Below are positions 1-8,105 of a stretch of DNA of 18,917 nt, piece after piece (the stretch's first letter is position 1; each line of letters begins with the position of its first letter). The notes beneath the pieces are model-generated. The model had not been told where the DNA came from. It searched no databases and saw only the letters and a list, made by a program, of their open reading frames with translations. This DNA is from a bacterium (GTDB taxonomy: Bacteria > SZUA-182 > DTGQ01 > JAFGSM01). The DNA is taken from assembly GCA_049472315.1 (NCBI GenBank), contig JBLIRN010000050.1:1-18917 (forward strand). The letters run 5' to 3'. The position numbers and the translations under genes are program-made.

Positions 1-120
1 TCTCCCCTTTTTTAATTTCCATGGGTATAATTTCCCGTCCCTTGGAGCGATCTCAAAAAACTGTTTTAATACTCCGCTTCCTGCGGCGGGGAAGTTCATT
101 GGAAATCCCGTCAGTATCGA

Positions 121-1035
121 TCACCATAAAAAGGCTATAAGTGCAAGCACACTCACTGATAGAATCACCCAGGGGATGCAATAACGATAGGTTAAGGGAA
201 TCCGGGGCGTGATTTTTCCCCCTTTCCGTTTATGGGTTTGGAGAAGGGCGATGAGGGCCGTTATGAGATAGATGGCCACGACCAAGGGTAAGATGGGGAA
301 AGGCTCCAATTTCCTTTGTATCTCTTCGACGTCCTTGTCGGATTTTTCTTCCGCCTTTATGCGCTCCGCCTCTTTTTGTGTCCGAAGGCGTGCCTCATGA
401 ATAGCAGCCAGGGAACCCAGAGGGGTATGCGCGGACAGGTACAGACCGGCATACAATAGAACGGGGATGCCGAGAATGACGAGGGTGGTTGTGGCCCGTT
501 TCAATATGCGGCTGGAGGGAAAATTCATATCCTGCAACCGGAAAAAAATGCACATGAGATGCCAGGAGAAATAGGCCAGAATCGCCAATCCACCCACCCA
601 CGCAATAGTCATCGCAATGGGGTATGTGGCCAGGCACTTAGGATCACCGTACCGGTAATAGGCCCCCAGGATCAGGTATTGAACCTGGCTGAGGATACTG
701 GTCCCTGCCAGTAATATCCCGAAAAGCACCCATGAAAGGGAGAGGTTTCGCCTCTGAATGATCACAAGCACCACGATCCCCGTGATGAGGTTCGTGGCTA
801 TCCCCCCGAGCGATATGCATACAGAGGCCGTTTCGCCGAAATTCCCGCTGAAGTGTGTCTCTCCCCCGGCAAAGAGCGTCAAACGAAAGGCATCAAACCT
901 TCCGCCCAGAAACACAGCCATGAGCCCGTGCCCGATGAATTCGTGGAGAAAGGCACCCAGCCGGGTTGAGAGGATCAGCATGGATTCGGTAAGGATAATC
1001 CAGATGATGATCCTTTTTATCGGCAATCGCGACAT
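121..1035 (-). CDS. Polytopic membrane protein, putative M50/M50B-like (site-2 protease-like) zinc metallopeptidase, ~304 aa
   Basis: Start moved from the track's 1284 to ATG at 1035 (MSRLPIKRIIIWIIL), which has AAAGGGA upstream; the longer N-terminus lies inside the neighbouring gene. Contains FLHEFIGHG in a hydrophobic segment, LGGIATN, YGDP and many TM-like stretches. Confidence 0.7.
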   Translation of the reverse strand: MSRLPIKRIIIWIILTESMLILSTRLGAFLHEFIGHGLMAVFLGGRFDAFRLTLFAGGETHFSGNFGETASVCISLGGIATNLITGIVVLVIIQRRNLSLSWVLFGILLAGTSILSQVQYLILGAYYRYGDPKCLATYPIAMTIAWVGGLAILAYFSWHLMCIFFRLQDMNFPSSRILKRATTTLVILGIPVLLYAGLYLSAHTPLGSLAAIHEARLRTQKEAERIKAEEKSDKDVEEIQRKLEPFPILPLVVAIYLITALIALLQTHKRKGGKITPRIPLTYRYCIPWVILSVSVLALIAFLW

Positions 1036-1799
1036 TGTCCCTTTGATTGCTGGGGGTTTAACTCCACGCCGCGTGGGGCGGACCGGACAATCTGTTTTAC
1101 TACCTCGCTGCCCTTCGCAGAGCGGGTTAGTTGCCCCGAGATAATAAAGATCAACCCGCAGTGGTGGTTGGTCATGGTCGCAGGGGAAAGGCCCCTTCGG
1201 AGCAATGGAATGCAGGGTATCGCCGTGTTGTGATACCCGTTTCGAAGGCATTCCTCCATGGCCCTCAATGGAGAGGCAAACCACCCCGAAGGCAAGCGAT
1301 CGTCGGCAAACACCATGGATGCCCCGGGCCTGGCAACCCGAAATGCCTCGTGTATGATCTCCTTTGCGGATACGGTGCTGAGGAGATAATTGCAGAGGAT
1401 CGCATCAAAGCTGTGGTCCCTGAATGGAAGGGTACGGGCATTGCCCCGGATGAGGAAAATGTGCCTGATCTTTCCCTTCTGAATCCGCATGCGTGCCTGA
1501 TTGAGCATCCCCCTGCTCAGGTCAAGGCCTGCAGTCAATCCTCCCGGACCGGCCTTTTGAGATAACGAGGGGCAATCAAGCCCCGTACCGCATCCGATAT
1601 CCAGGACCCGATCACCCGGATGGAGCCGAAGCCTTTGTATGGCGAGCCTCCGATAGTAAAGATCCGTACCCAGCGAGAGGATGTGCACCAGGGGATCGTA
1701 GTATCGCGCCCTCCGGTCATAAAGGGATGCGATCATCCCGCTCTCGGAATAGATTCTCTCCCTCCAGGTCCTGGCCGGCCTCTCCTGCCTTTTTTGCAT
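1017..1799 (-). CDS. Class I SAM-dependent methyltransferase (UbiE/MenG-like, Methyltransf_11/25-type)
   Basis: Motif I VLDIGCGTG, GLDLSRGML, GNARTLPFRDHSFDAI and RVARPGA. ATG at 1799 has an AAGGA RBS; ATG at 1823 is an alternative start. The 3' end overlaps the next gene by 19 nt. Confidence 0.85.
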   Translation of the reverse strand: MQKRQERPARTWRERIYSESGMIASLYDRRARYYDPLVHILSLGTDLYYRRLAIQRLRLHPGDRVLDIGCGTGLDCPSLSQKAGPGGLTAGLDLSRGMLNQARMRIQKGKIRHIFLIRGNARTLPFRDHSFDAILCNYLLSTVSAKEIIHEAFRVARPGASMVFADDRLPSGWFASPLRAMEECLRNGYHNTAIPCIPLLRRGLSPATMTNHHCGLIFIISGQLTRSAKGSEVVKQIVRSAPRGVELNPQQSKGQCRDCR

Positions 1800-1955
1800 C
1801 GCGGTCCTTATTTCTCCGGTCATTCGATTGAAATCTCTATCCGATATGGATGACTAGTCCATAAATATTCAAGTAATGAGTCTACTCTTTGGCGATTTCA
1901 GATAACATGTTTGATTTGAAAACAAGAAAGGCCCGGAGGGTGCCATTGGTCGTTC

Positions 1956-2402
1956 TTATAAATAATCCTTTAAAACCAGAACATTTATCTCTTTTATCTG
2001 TTTGAGCTTTATATCATTGGTGAGAAATGCATCAACTCCGACATCAATAGCTACGGAAATCTGAATGGCATCAATGGCTCTCAGGTATGAGTATTGTCCT
2101 CGTAATTTTCCGGCCTTTTCAGCTATACTCATTGAGATTTCTATCAGAGAAAACTTTTTTCCATATTTGAGAAAGTCTGCAAATTTCTTTGCCAGCTTTT
2201 CATCTCCGACTTCGATCGGTTTGGGTAAAACTTCAGTAAGAGTTATAACAGAAGAGAAGGCGCTCAATTTCCCTGACTGAAAGGCATTGACAACTTCTTT
2301 GGCAAGGGGGCCATATAGAGGATGAGCTTCGATGTAATAGATAATTGGTGCTGTATCTATAAATATGGTGGTGACTTGGCTGAGCTCATCAGCAAGGGTC
2401 AT
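1956..2402 (-). CDS. vapC: PIN-domain ribonuclease toxin (VapC family), 148 aa
   Basis: PIN acidic motifs IFIDTAPIIY, SVITLTEVL, LRAIDAIQI and FLTND. The start overlaps the upstream gene's stop (ATGA). Confidence 0.9.
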   Translation of the reverse strand: MTLADELSQVTTIFIDTAPIIYYIEAHPLYGPLAKEVVNAFQSGKLSAFSSVITLTEVLPKPIEVGDEKLAKKFADFLKYGKKFSLIEISMSIAEKAGKLRGQYSYLRAIDAIQISVAIDVGVDAFLTNDIKLKQIKEINVLVLKDYL

Positions 2403-2623
2403 GTTTGATCTTCTCTTAAACGGTTAACATACTCCTGAGCATCCTCTCCTTTCCATAGTCCTTTCCCGAGCCCATAGAGTTTATTCCAGTCAAGTTCTTT
2501 TTTTATTGCAAGACCGGCCTTTCTTAATTGATGAGCAAGCCTTTCTACCAATTTTAACTGCTCCTGAGGTGTGAGTTTCTCAATCTCTTTTTCAATTTTT
2601 TCTAATGTGGGTCCTTTTCGCAT
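2399..2623 (-). CDS. Putative antitoxin cognate to the PIN toxin, 74 aa
   Basis: Small ORF directly upstream of vapC with a 4-nt ATGA overlap and GAGGGG RBS. Helical N-terminus (LTPQEQLKLVERLAHQLR) and C-terminal LYGLGKGLWKGEDAQEYVNRLRE resemble PIN-associated antitoxins. Confidence 0.8.
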   Translation of the reverse strand: MRKGPTLEKIEKEIEKLTPQEQLKLVERLAHQLRKAGLAIKKELDWNKLYGLGKGLWKGEDAQEYVNRLREDQT

Positions 2624-2680
2624 TTTTAGTCCCCTCTGTGCGATAGTAATTCGTATTGCACGTATACTACTGTATAAAAA

Positions 2681-2709
2681 AGTATAGAGGGGATTTACAT
2701 TTTTGTCAA
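2681..2709 (-). promoter_or_regulatory. Sigma70-type promoter of the toxin-antitoxin operon
   Basis: Minus strand TTGACA (2709-2704), 17 nt spacer, TATACT (2686-2681), ~58 nt upstream of the antitoxin start. Confidence 0.75.
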
Positions 2710-2881
2710 AACAAATATTCGATGGATATATACTAAAACATGAAGAGAAGGGTAATTTACAATAATCATGCTGATATTGGATTGTAGAACGCTTTAATAA
2801 TCAAAGGAATGACCATTGAGTAGTTCATTAACGGTGGTCAAGGATTCCCTGAAAAGGCATTACAGGGATCTACAAGGTTCC

Positions 2882-5680
2882 CTAACCCTTGATGCTGGTG
2901 AGGAGGGCCACCGGGAAGCGGGTGAGGATGGCGCCCAGAGGGATCGGGCCGTGGTGGCTGATCCTTTCGCCGGTGATGGCGTTTATCCAGGAGGAGGGGG
3001 CACCCTCGGGCATGAGCAGGCGGGTGTCCTGCCATACCTCCTCTCCGGAGGGACACTGTCCCTCCTTTATGAGGGAGGTGAGGAACCGGGGCGCCACGCT
3101 GATTGCCCACGCATCCTGATGATTTCGCGCAAAGGCGATCACGCTTTCCGCGTGTGCGCCTTCCACACGTATGGGGATGTAGGCCCCATGCTGGAACGCA
3201 TCAAGGAGTCTTGTGCGTGCCTTGAGGACGCGGTAGACGAGAAAGAGCTTTATCCTGCCGTCCTCCCTGGTCTCGACCAGCTCGTCGACAAGGCCGGGGA
3301 GGTCCCGGGCCTCTCGTGCATTGATGTCCTTGAGGATATGCATTCGTTTTTTGAAATCAATGGGCCTGCGGTTATCCGGATCAACGAGGCTGAGATCCCA
3401 CAGCTCGGTCCCCTGGTAGAAGTCGGGCACCCCCGGGCTCGTGATCTTGAGGAGGGTCTGGGAGAGGGAGTTAAATATCCCGTAGAAGGCGACCTTCCTT
3501 TGAAAGGGGAGGAACTCCTTCAAAAAGAGGTTGTCGTCCGCAGCGCTCAGGAGCCTTTCCACGAAACCGGTGCAGGCCTCCTCGTATTCGGTGTCTGGCT
3601 TGATCCATGCGGTGTGACGCTTTGCCTCCCGGACCGCCTTGATCATATACTCTCTTACCCGCTCCGTGAGGCTCTCCATGTCAGGCTCGCCAAAGGGGAA
3701 CACCCCGAGCAGGGTCTGATAGAGGAAGTATTCGTCGTTTTCGTCCGGCATGGACACGCCGTTCCCCTTCTTTTTCTTCCTCCTGTTGATCCTGGCCCAG
3801 TGCCTCAGGTGCGTCTCCCACTCGAAGGGGATCTCGGAGAGCACGTTGATTCGGGCCCTCACGTCCTCACCCCTTTTTGTGTCATGAGTCGAGGTGGCGT
3901 TCAGGGAGTGGGGGAGGGTGGTGGCCCGGGCGGTGTTGAACCTGTGGAATTCCTCGCCGGTCACCCCGAATCGCTGCGGGTCGCCGCCCACGTCGTTCAG
4001 GGAGATGAGCCGGTTGTAGATGTACAGAACCGTGTCTTCGAAACCCTTGGCCATCAGGGGGCCGGTGAACTGCTGGAAGCGCATGATGAAGTGCATCAGG
4101 TGCTCCTTTTCCTCCTCGGTGAGGTGGTCGGGAAAATCGAGGGAAAAGAATTTCTCGATATAGTTCATCTCGTAGAAGAGGTCGGGGTTTCGCCTTCGAG
4201 CATCCTGAATCGCCTTGTCGATGTGCACCTTGTCCGATTCGGTGAACGATCGCTGGTTGATGTAGGAGCGGTAGACCGGGAAGAAGCTCATCACCTCCAC
4301 GAGCGCCCTTTTCAGGGCATAGAGGGTGATATCCCTTCCATACCGGTCCCTACCCGCGATCCTCTTCATGATGTGGGCCAGGTTGTCGATGTTTCCCGCC
4401 ATGTGCTTTCCGATGATGAGCCGTTTTTTCTCGCTCACCAGTTCCTGATAGGATGCCTTGAGGCCGGTGAACCGGTAGTATATCTTGATGAATTCCCGCT
4501 GGTGGTCTTTTTGGCAGAAGACCCCGTTCACCTGGTTCATGAAGTCGTATCCGGTGGTGCCCTGCACCGGCCAGGGGGGAGGAAGCGTTTCGTCGAAATC
4601 CAGGATTTTCTCTACCACGAGGTAGAGGTGGTTCGCCTGCTCCTTGATCCTCTCCAGATAGGTTGCCGGATCGCACAGTCCATCGATATGGTCGATGCGC
4701 AGGCCGTCGAATGTTCCCTCGCGCACGAGCCTGAAGATCAGCTCATGGGTATGGGAGAAGACGGCCTCGTCCTCCACCCTCAGGGAGATGAGTGCGTTGA
4801 TGTTGAAGAACCTCCGGTAGTTGATCTCCTCGGCCGCTACCTTCCAGAACGAGAGCCGGTAGGGCTGCTCGGCAAGGAGGTCATCGATGAGGGTGAAGCT
4901 CTCCGGCTTCCCCTTTTCCCCGTTGAAGAGCCTGATATTCGCATCCATGAACCCCCTGATCGCCTGGTTCCCGGTGTAGATCTCCCACAGCATCCCCTTT
5001 GCGTGTCTCACCTGGTCGTATTCGGAATTTTTTTCTGGTGGTGATGCGAGGGATTCGAGGAGGTGGAGGGACCCAAGGAGCTTCAAAAGATCGGGATGTC
5101 CCTTCCCGATCCGCTCCTCGAGCGCCTGAATGTTGTGCGCGAACACCCGAGCATATGATTCCAGCCTCAGGGGGAGCCTGAGGGAGTAGTAGGTGATGCC
5201 CAAACCGATTTCGTCATACCGGAGCTGGATCTCCGCATCCTCAAGGGATTCGGCGTAGAATTTTCCCAGAAAGGGGGCGAGGACCCTTCCCTTGAGGCTC
5301 TCGTAGAAATGGTTCCAGTCGATGTCGAAAAAATGGTAAAAGGGGGAGCGCTCCCTGTTTTCGAGGACATCCATGAGCATCTCGTTCTGGCTGTCATAGG
5401 CCATGTGGTTGGGCACGATGTCCTGGAGCCACGACATGCTGTTTTTCTTGAGCTCGGCAGCGAGGGATTCGAATGCCTTTTCGTCCCCCAACTCTGGATT
5501 CAACCGGTTTGGGTCCACCACGTCATACCCGTGCATACTTCCCGCCCTCACCTTGAATATAGGGGATGCGTAGAGATCGGAGATGCCCAGCGCCGCAAGG
5601 TAGGGGATGATCCTTTTCCCCTCTCGAAAGCCGAACAAGGGGTTGAACTGGATCCGATAGGTGGCGGTTGGGATATGCAT
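2882..5680 (-). CDS. treY: Malto-oligosyltrehalose synthase (GH13), ~932 aa
   Basis: N-terminus MHIPTATYRIQFN, GSMHGYDVVDP, DIVPNHM, INYRRFF, catalytic GLRIDHIDGL / VVEKIL / STHDTKRGEDVRAR, and PGVPDFYQGTELWDLSLVDPDNRRP. True start is ATG at 5680 (TGATG overlap with the upstream gene), not 5827. Confidence 0.95.
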   Translation of the reverse strand: MHIPTATYRIQFNPLFGFREGKRIIPYLAALGISDLYASPIFKVRAGSMHGYDVVDPNRLNPELGDEKAFESLAAELKKNSMSWLQDIVPNHMAYDSQNEMLMDVLENRERSPFYHFFDIDWNHFYESLKGRVLAPFLGKFYAESLEDAEIQLRYDEIGLGITYYSLRLPLRLESYARVFAHNIQALEERIGKGHPDLLKLLGSLHLLESLASPPEKNSEYDQVRHAKGMLWEIYTGNQAIRGFMDANIRLFNGEKGKPESFTLIDDLLAEQPYRLSFWKVAAEEINYRRFFNINALISLRVEDEAVFSHTHELIFRLVREGTFDGLRIDHIDGLCDPATYLERIKEQANHLYLVVEKILDFDETLPPPWPVQGTTGYDFMNQVNGVFCQKDHQREFIKIYYRFTGLKASYQELVSEKKRLIIGKHMAGNIDNLAHIMKRIAGRDRYGRDITLYALKRALVEVMSFFPVYRSYINQRSFTESDKVHIDKAIQDARRRNPDLFYEMNYIEKFFSLDFPDHLTEEEKEHLMHFIMRFQQFTGPLMAKGFEDTVLYIYNRLISLNDVGGDPQRFGVTGEEFHRFNTARATTLPHSLNATSTHDTKRGEDVRARINVLSEIPFEWETHLRHWARINRRKKKKGNGVSMPDENDEYFLYQTLLGVFPFGEPDMESLTERVREYMIKAVREAKRHTAWIKPDTEYEEACTGFVERLLSAADDNLFLKEFLPFQRKVAFYGIFNSLSQTLLKITSPGVPDFYQGTELWDLSLVDPDNRRPIDFKKRMHILKDINAREARDLPGLVDELVETREDGRIKLFLVYRVLKARTRLLDAFQHGAYIPIRVEGAHAESVIAFARNHQDAWAISVAPRFLTSLIKEGQCPSGEEVWQDTRLLMPEGAPSSWINAITGERISHHGPIPLGAILTRFPVALLTSIKG

Positions 5681-8103
5681 CAGACGATCCTCACCCCGAG
5701 GTGGTCCCCCAGTTTTTTGAAATGCCCTACCCAGGCATTCGCATCCTCCATATCCCCTGCCGCCTTTTCCTCCATCTCGGCGAGGAGTCTCTTTCCTGCG
5801 GAGAAGTAGATATTCTGCGCCTTCCACAGGTTGAGGTGCAGGAAAAGCGGCCTGAGGACCCCCAGCAGGGATTCGACCGATTCAAGGTGTGAGGGATCCT
5901 GCGGGCTGTGTTCGAATGCCTCCATCATTGCATTCACCCGGTTGCTCACCAGGAAATCGAGGGTGGCTTTGTCAACACTGAAGCCCTCCACCCGGATCCT
6001 TACCACCATCTTTTGGATTTGTTGCAGATCGAGATCTTCCTCCTGAAGGGCATCAAGCAGGTCCGAGGAGATGATGAATTCCTCAGTGAGGGCGAGCACC
6101 TTCGGAAGGGGGATATGCAGGTTTCGCATCACCTGCATGATGGAGTAGTGGCGCTCGTTGATCTGCCGCAGGGATCCCTCCACCTCCTGCAGGGTATCGC
6201 GGAGGATCCGTCGGAGAACCCGCCGCTGCTCGTCCTTGAATAGATGCCACAACGAGCATGAACTGGTGTCGAAATACCGCTCGATGGATCGGATGGTCTC
6301 GGCGATATCTCCCTTTGCGAATGCCTCTCTGATCTCCCTATGCATGGAGCCGAAGGATTCCTCTCCCATGAACGTGCGGACCCCTCCCACAAGGTTGTGA
6401 TCTCCAAGGTGCACCACGGCAAAGCTGATGAGGCTCTCCTCCAGGGTGACAATGGAACGGACCGCTGCCTTCCCTATGGCCAGCTTCTGTTTACCCGCAG
6501 CCTCCTGCTCGTAGCTCTCGTTTTGTATGGTATAGGTGTATACCTCTCTGGTATCTGAATACTCCTCGAACAGTGATGAGACGGCATGGTGCACCCCCAC
6601 CCGCACCAGGTCGAGTACCATGGGACGTACGGATTCTTCGTAGATAAGCCCGCCGTTTTGGTGCTCAGGCACGTTGCTCTCTGCCCGCTCAAGGAGGGTG
6701 ATGTAGGTCTTCTCCAGGGAGAGGCCGCTCACCTCCTGCGCGAGCTGCATGGCCCGAGCGGCGAATTGCATAACCTGGACCGATTCGATGCCCGATATAT
6801 CGTCAAAGAACCATCCGCAGCTTGTATACATCAGCATGGCGTTCCGCTGCATCTCGAGAAGCTTCAGGCCGGTCACCTGTTCTTCGGCAAGCAACTCCCT
6901 CGTGGCGTGCTGTTTAAAAAAACGTTGTATGCCTTCGGGGGAGCGGTCGCGGATGACCGCGATATAATCGTCGCGAGCCTGCCATGGGTCCTTTACCAGG
7001 CGCGAGATTTGGTCTTCATATACATGGATGAGGTTGTCCCTCAGCCAGTCCATGGCCCCCCTTAATGCTGAACGCCACTGCCGGTTCCATCCCGGTTGGT
7101 TCCCTGAAGTGCACCCGCAGTCGTTCCTCCATCGCTCCATCCCGTGCACGCAGCTCCACGAGGAGTTTTCAATGATCTCCACCTCATGGGTGGGTGAATG
7201 GTTTTCCAGGTATTCCCCGAACACGGTTATCCGGGCGAGGTTCTTGGAGGCAAGGTGGTAGAGACAGTAGGCGAGGGCCATGTCTCCCAGGTGATGATGG
7301 TGGCCGTATGTTTCCCCGTCGGTTGCCACATGCACGAGCTGGCTGGAGGGCTGATCGGAGAAGCCGCTCAGCAGCCGGCGGGCGAAATGCTCCCCGTTTT
7401 TGAGAATGTCCCTGAAGGCAATGTCCCTGGATATGGGTCCGTCATAGAAAAAAAGGGCAATCTCTCTGCCTGAAGGCAGGCGGCATACATAGGGCATCTT
7501 GGGGTCGATGCGCGCACCGTTTACGTCGTTCCACTGACCCTCGCCGATCCTTCTCACCTGCCGGGCCTGGCGTGGTGCAAGGATCGAGAAGGCGATTCCC
7601 TGCTCCGCCATGATATCGAGTGATTCGAGGTCCACCGCCGTCTCCGGAAGCCACATGCCCTCCGGTTTTCTGTCGAAGCGCGATTCGAAGTCCCTGATTC
7701 CCCAGATGATCTGGGTCCGTTTGTCCCGCCCGTTTGCAAGGGGCATGATCATGTGATTGTAACAGTGCGCCATGGCGGTGCCGTGCCCTGAAAAGGTGCT
7801 CCTGCTTATGGTGTCCGCCTCCAGGATCGCCCGGTAGATGCCCGGTTCGTTTCTCTCCAGCCAGGTGAGCAGGGTGGGGCCGAAATCGAAGCTCATCTTG
7901 GAATAGTTGTTGACGATGTCGATGATCTTCCGATCCGGGCCCAGGATGCGCGAGGCGGTATTCGGGCCGTAGCACTCCGCTGTGATCCTTGTGTTCCAGT
8001 CATGGTACGGATAGGCGGAATCCTGGAGCTCCACCTCCTCAAGCCAGGGGTTCTCCCTGGGCATCTGATAGAAATGGCCGTGAATGCAGATATGCCGGTC
8101 CAC
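5680..8103 (-). CDS. Glycoside hydrolase family 57 protein with C-terminal DUF3536, ~807 aa
   Basis: CIHGHFYQ.PRENPW, AYPYHDWN.RI..ECY, catalytic WLPETAVD and ATDGETYGHH, SWSCVHG.ERW, MYTSCGWFFDDISGIE. GTG start at 8103 with a GAGGGAGG RBS, 2 nt after the treZ stop. Confidence 0.9.
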   Translation of the reverse strand: MDRHICIHGHFYQMPRENPWLEEVELQDSAYPYHDWNTRITAECYGPNTASRILGPDRKIIDIVNNYSKMSFDFGPTLLTWLERNEPGIYRAILEADTISRSTFSGHGTAMAHCYNHMIMPLANGRDKRTQIIWGIRDFESRFDRKPEGMWLPETAVDLESLDIMAEQGIAFSILAPRQARQVRRIGEGQWNDVNGARIDPKMPYVCRLPSGREIALFFYDGPISRDIAFRDILKNGEHFARRLLSGFSDQPSSQLVHVATDGETYGHHHHLGDMALAYCLYHLASKNLARITVFGEYLENHSPTHEVEIIENSSWSCVHGMERWRNDCGCTSGNQPGWNRQWRSALRGAMDWLRDNLIHVYEDQISRLVKDPWQARDDYIAVIRDRSPEGIQRFFKQHATRELLAEEQVTGLKLLEMQRNAMLMYTSCGWFFDDISGIESVQVMQFAARAMQLAQEVSGLSLEKTYITLLERAESNVPEHQNGGLIYEESVRPMVLDLVRVGVHHAVSSLFEEYSDTREVYTYTIQNESYEQEAAGKQKLAIGKAAVRSIVTLEESLISFAVVHLGDHNLVGGVRTFMGEESFGSMHREIREAFAKGDIAETIRSIERYFDTSSCSLWHLFKDEQRRVLRRILRDTLQEVEGSLRQINERHYSIMQVMRNLHIPLPKVLALTEEFIISSDLLDALQEEDLDLQQIQKMVVRIRVEGFSVDKATLDFLVSNRVNAMMEAFEHSPQDPSHLESVESLLGVLRPLFLHLNLWKAQNIYFSAGKRLLAEMEEKAAGDMEDANAWVGHFKKLGDHLGVRIV

Positions 8104-8105
8104 GC

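Noticed and set aside
2846..2868. TCCCTG/CAGGGA stem downstream of treY
   Set aside because: Only 6 bp with an 11 nt loop and a poor U-tract; insufficient for a terminator call.
2816..5044. 742 aa + strand ORF
   Set aside because: Codon-register antisense shadow of treY; no recognisable motifs. Expected when the sense gene avoids TTA, CTA and TCA codons.
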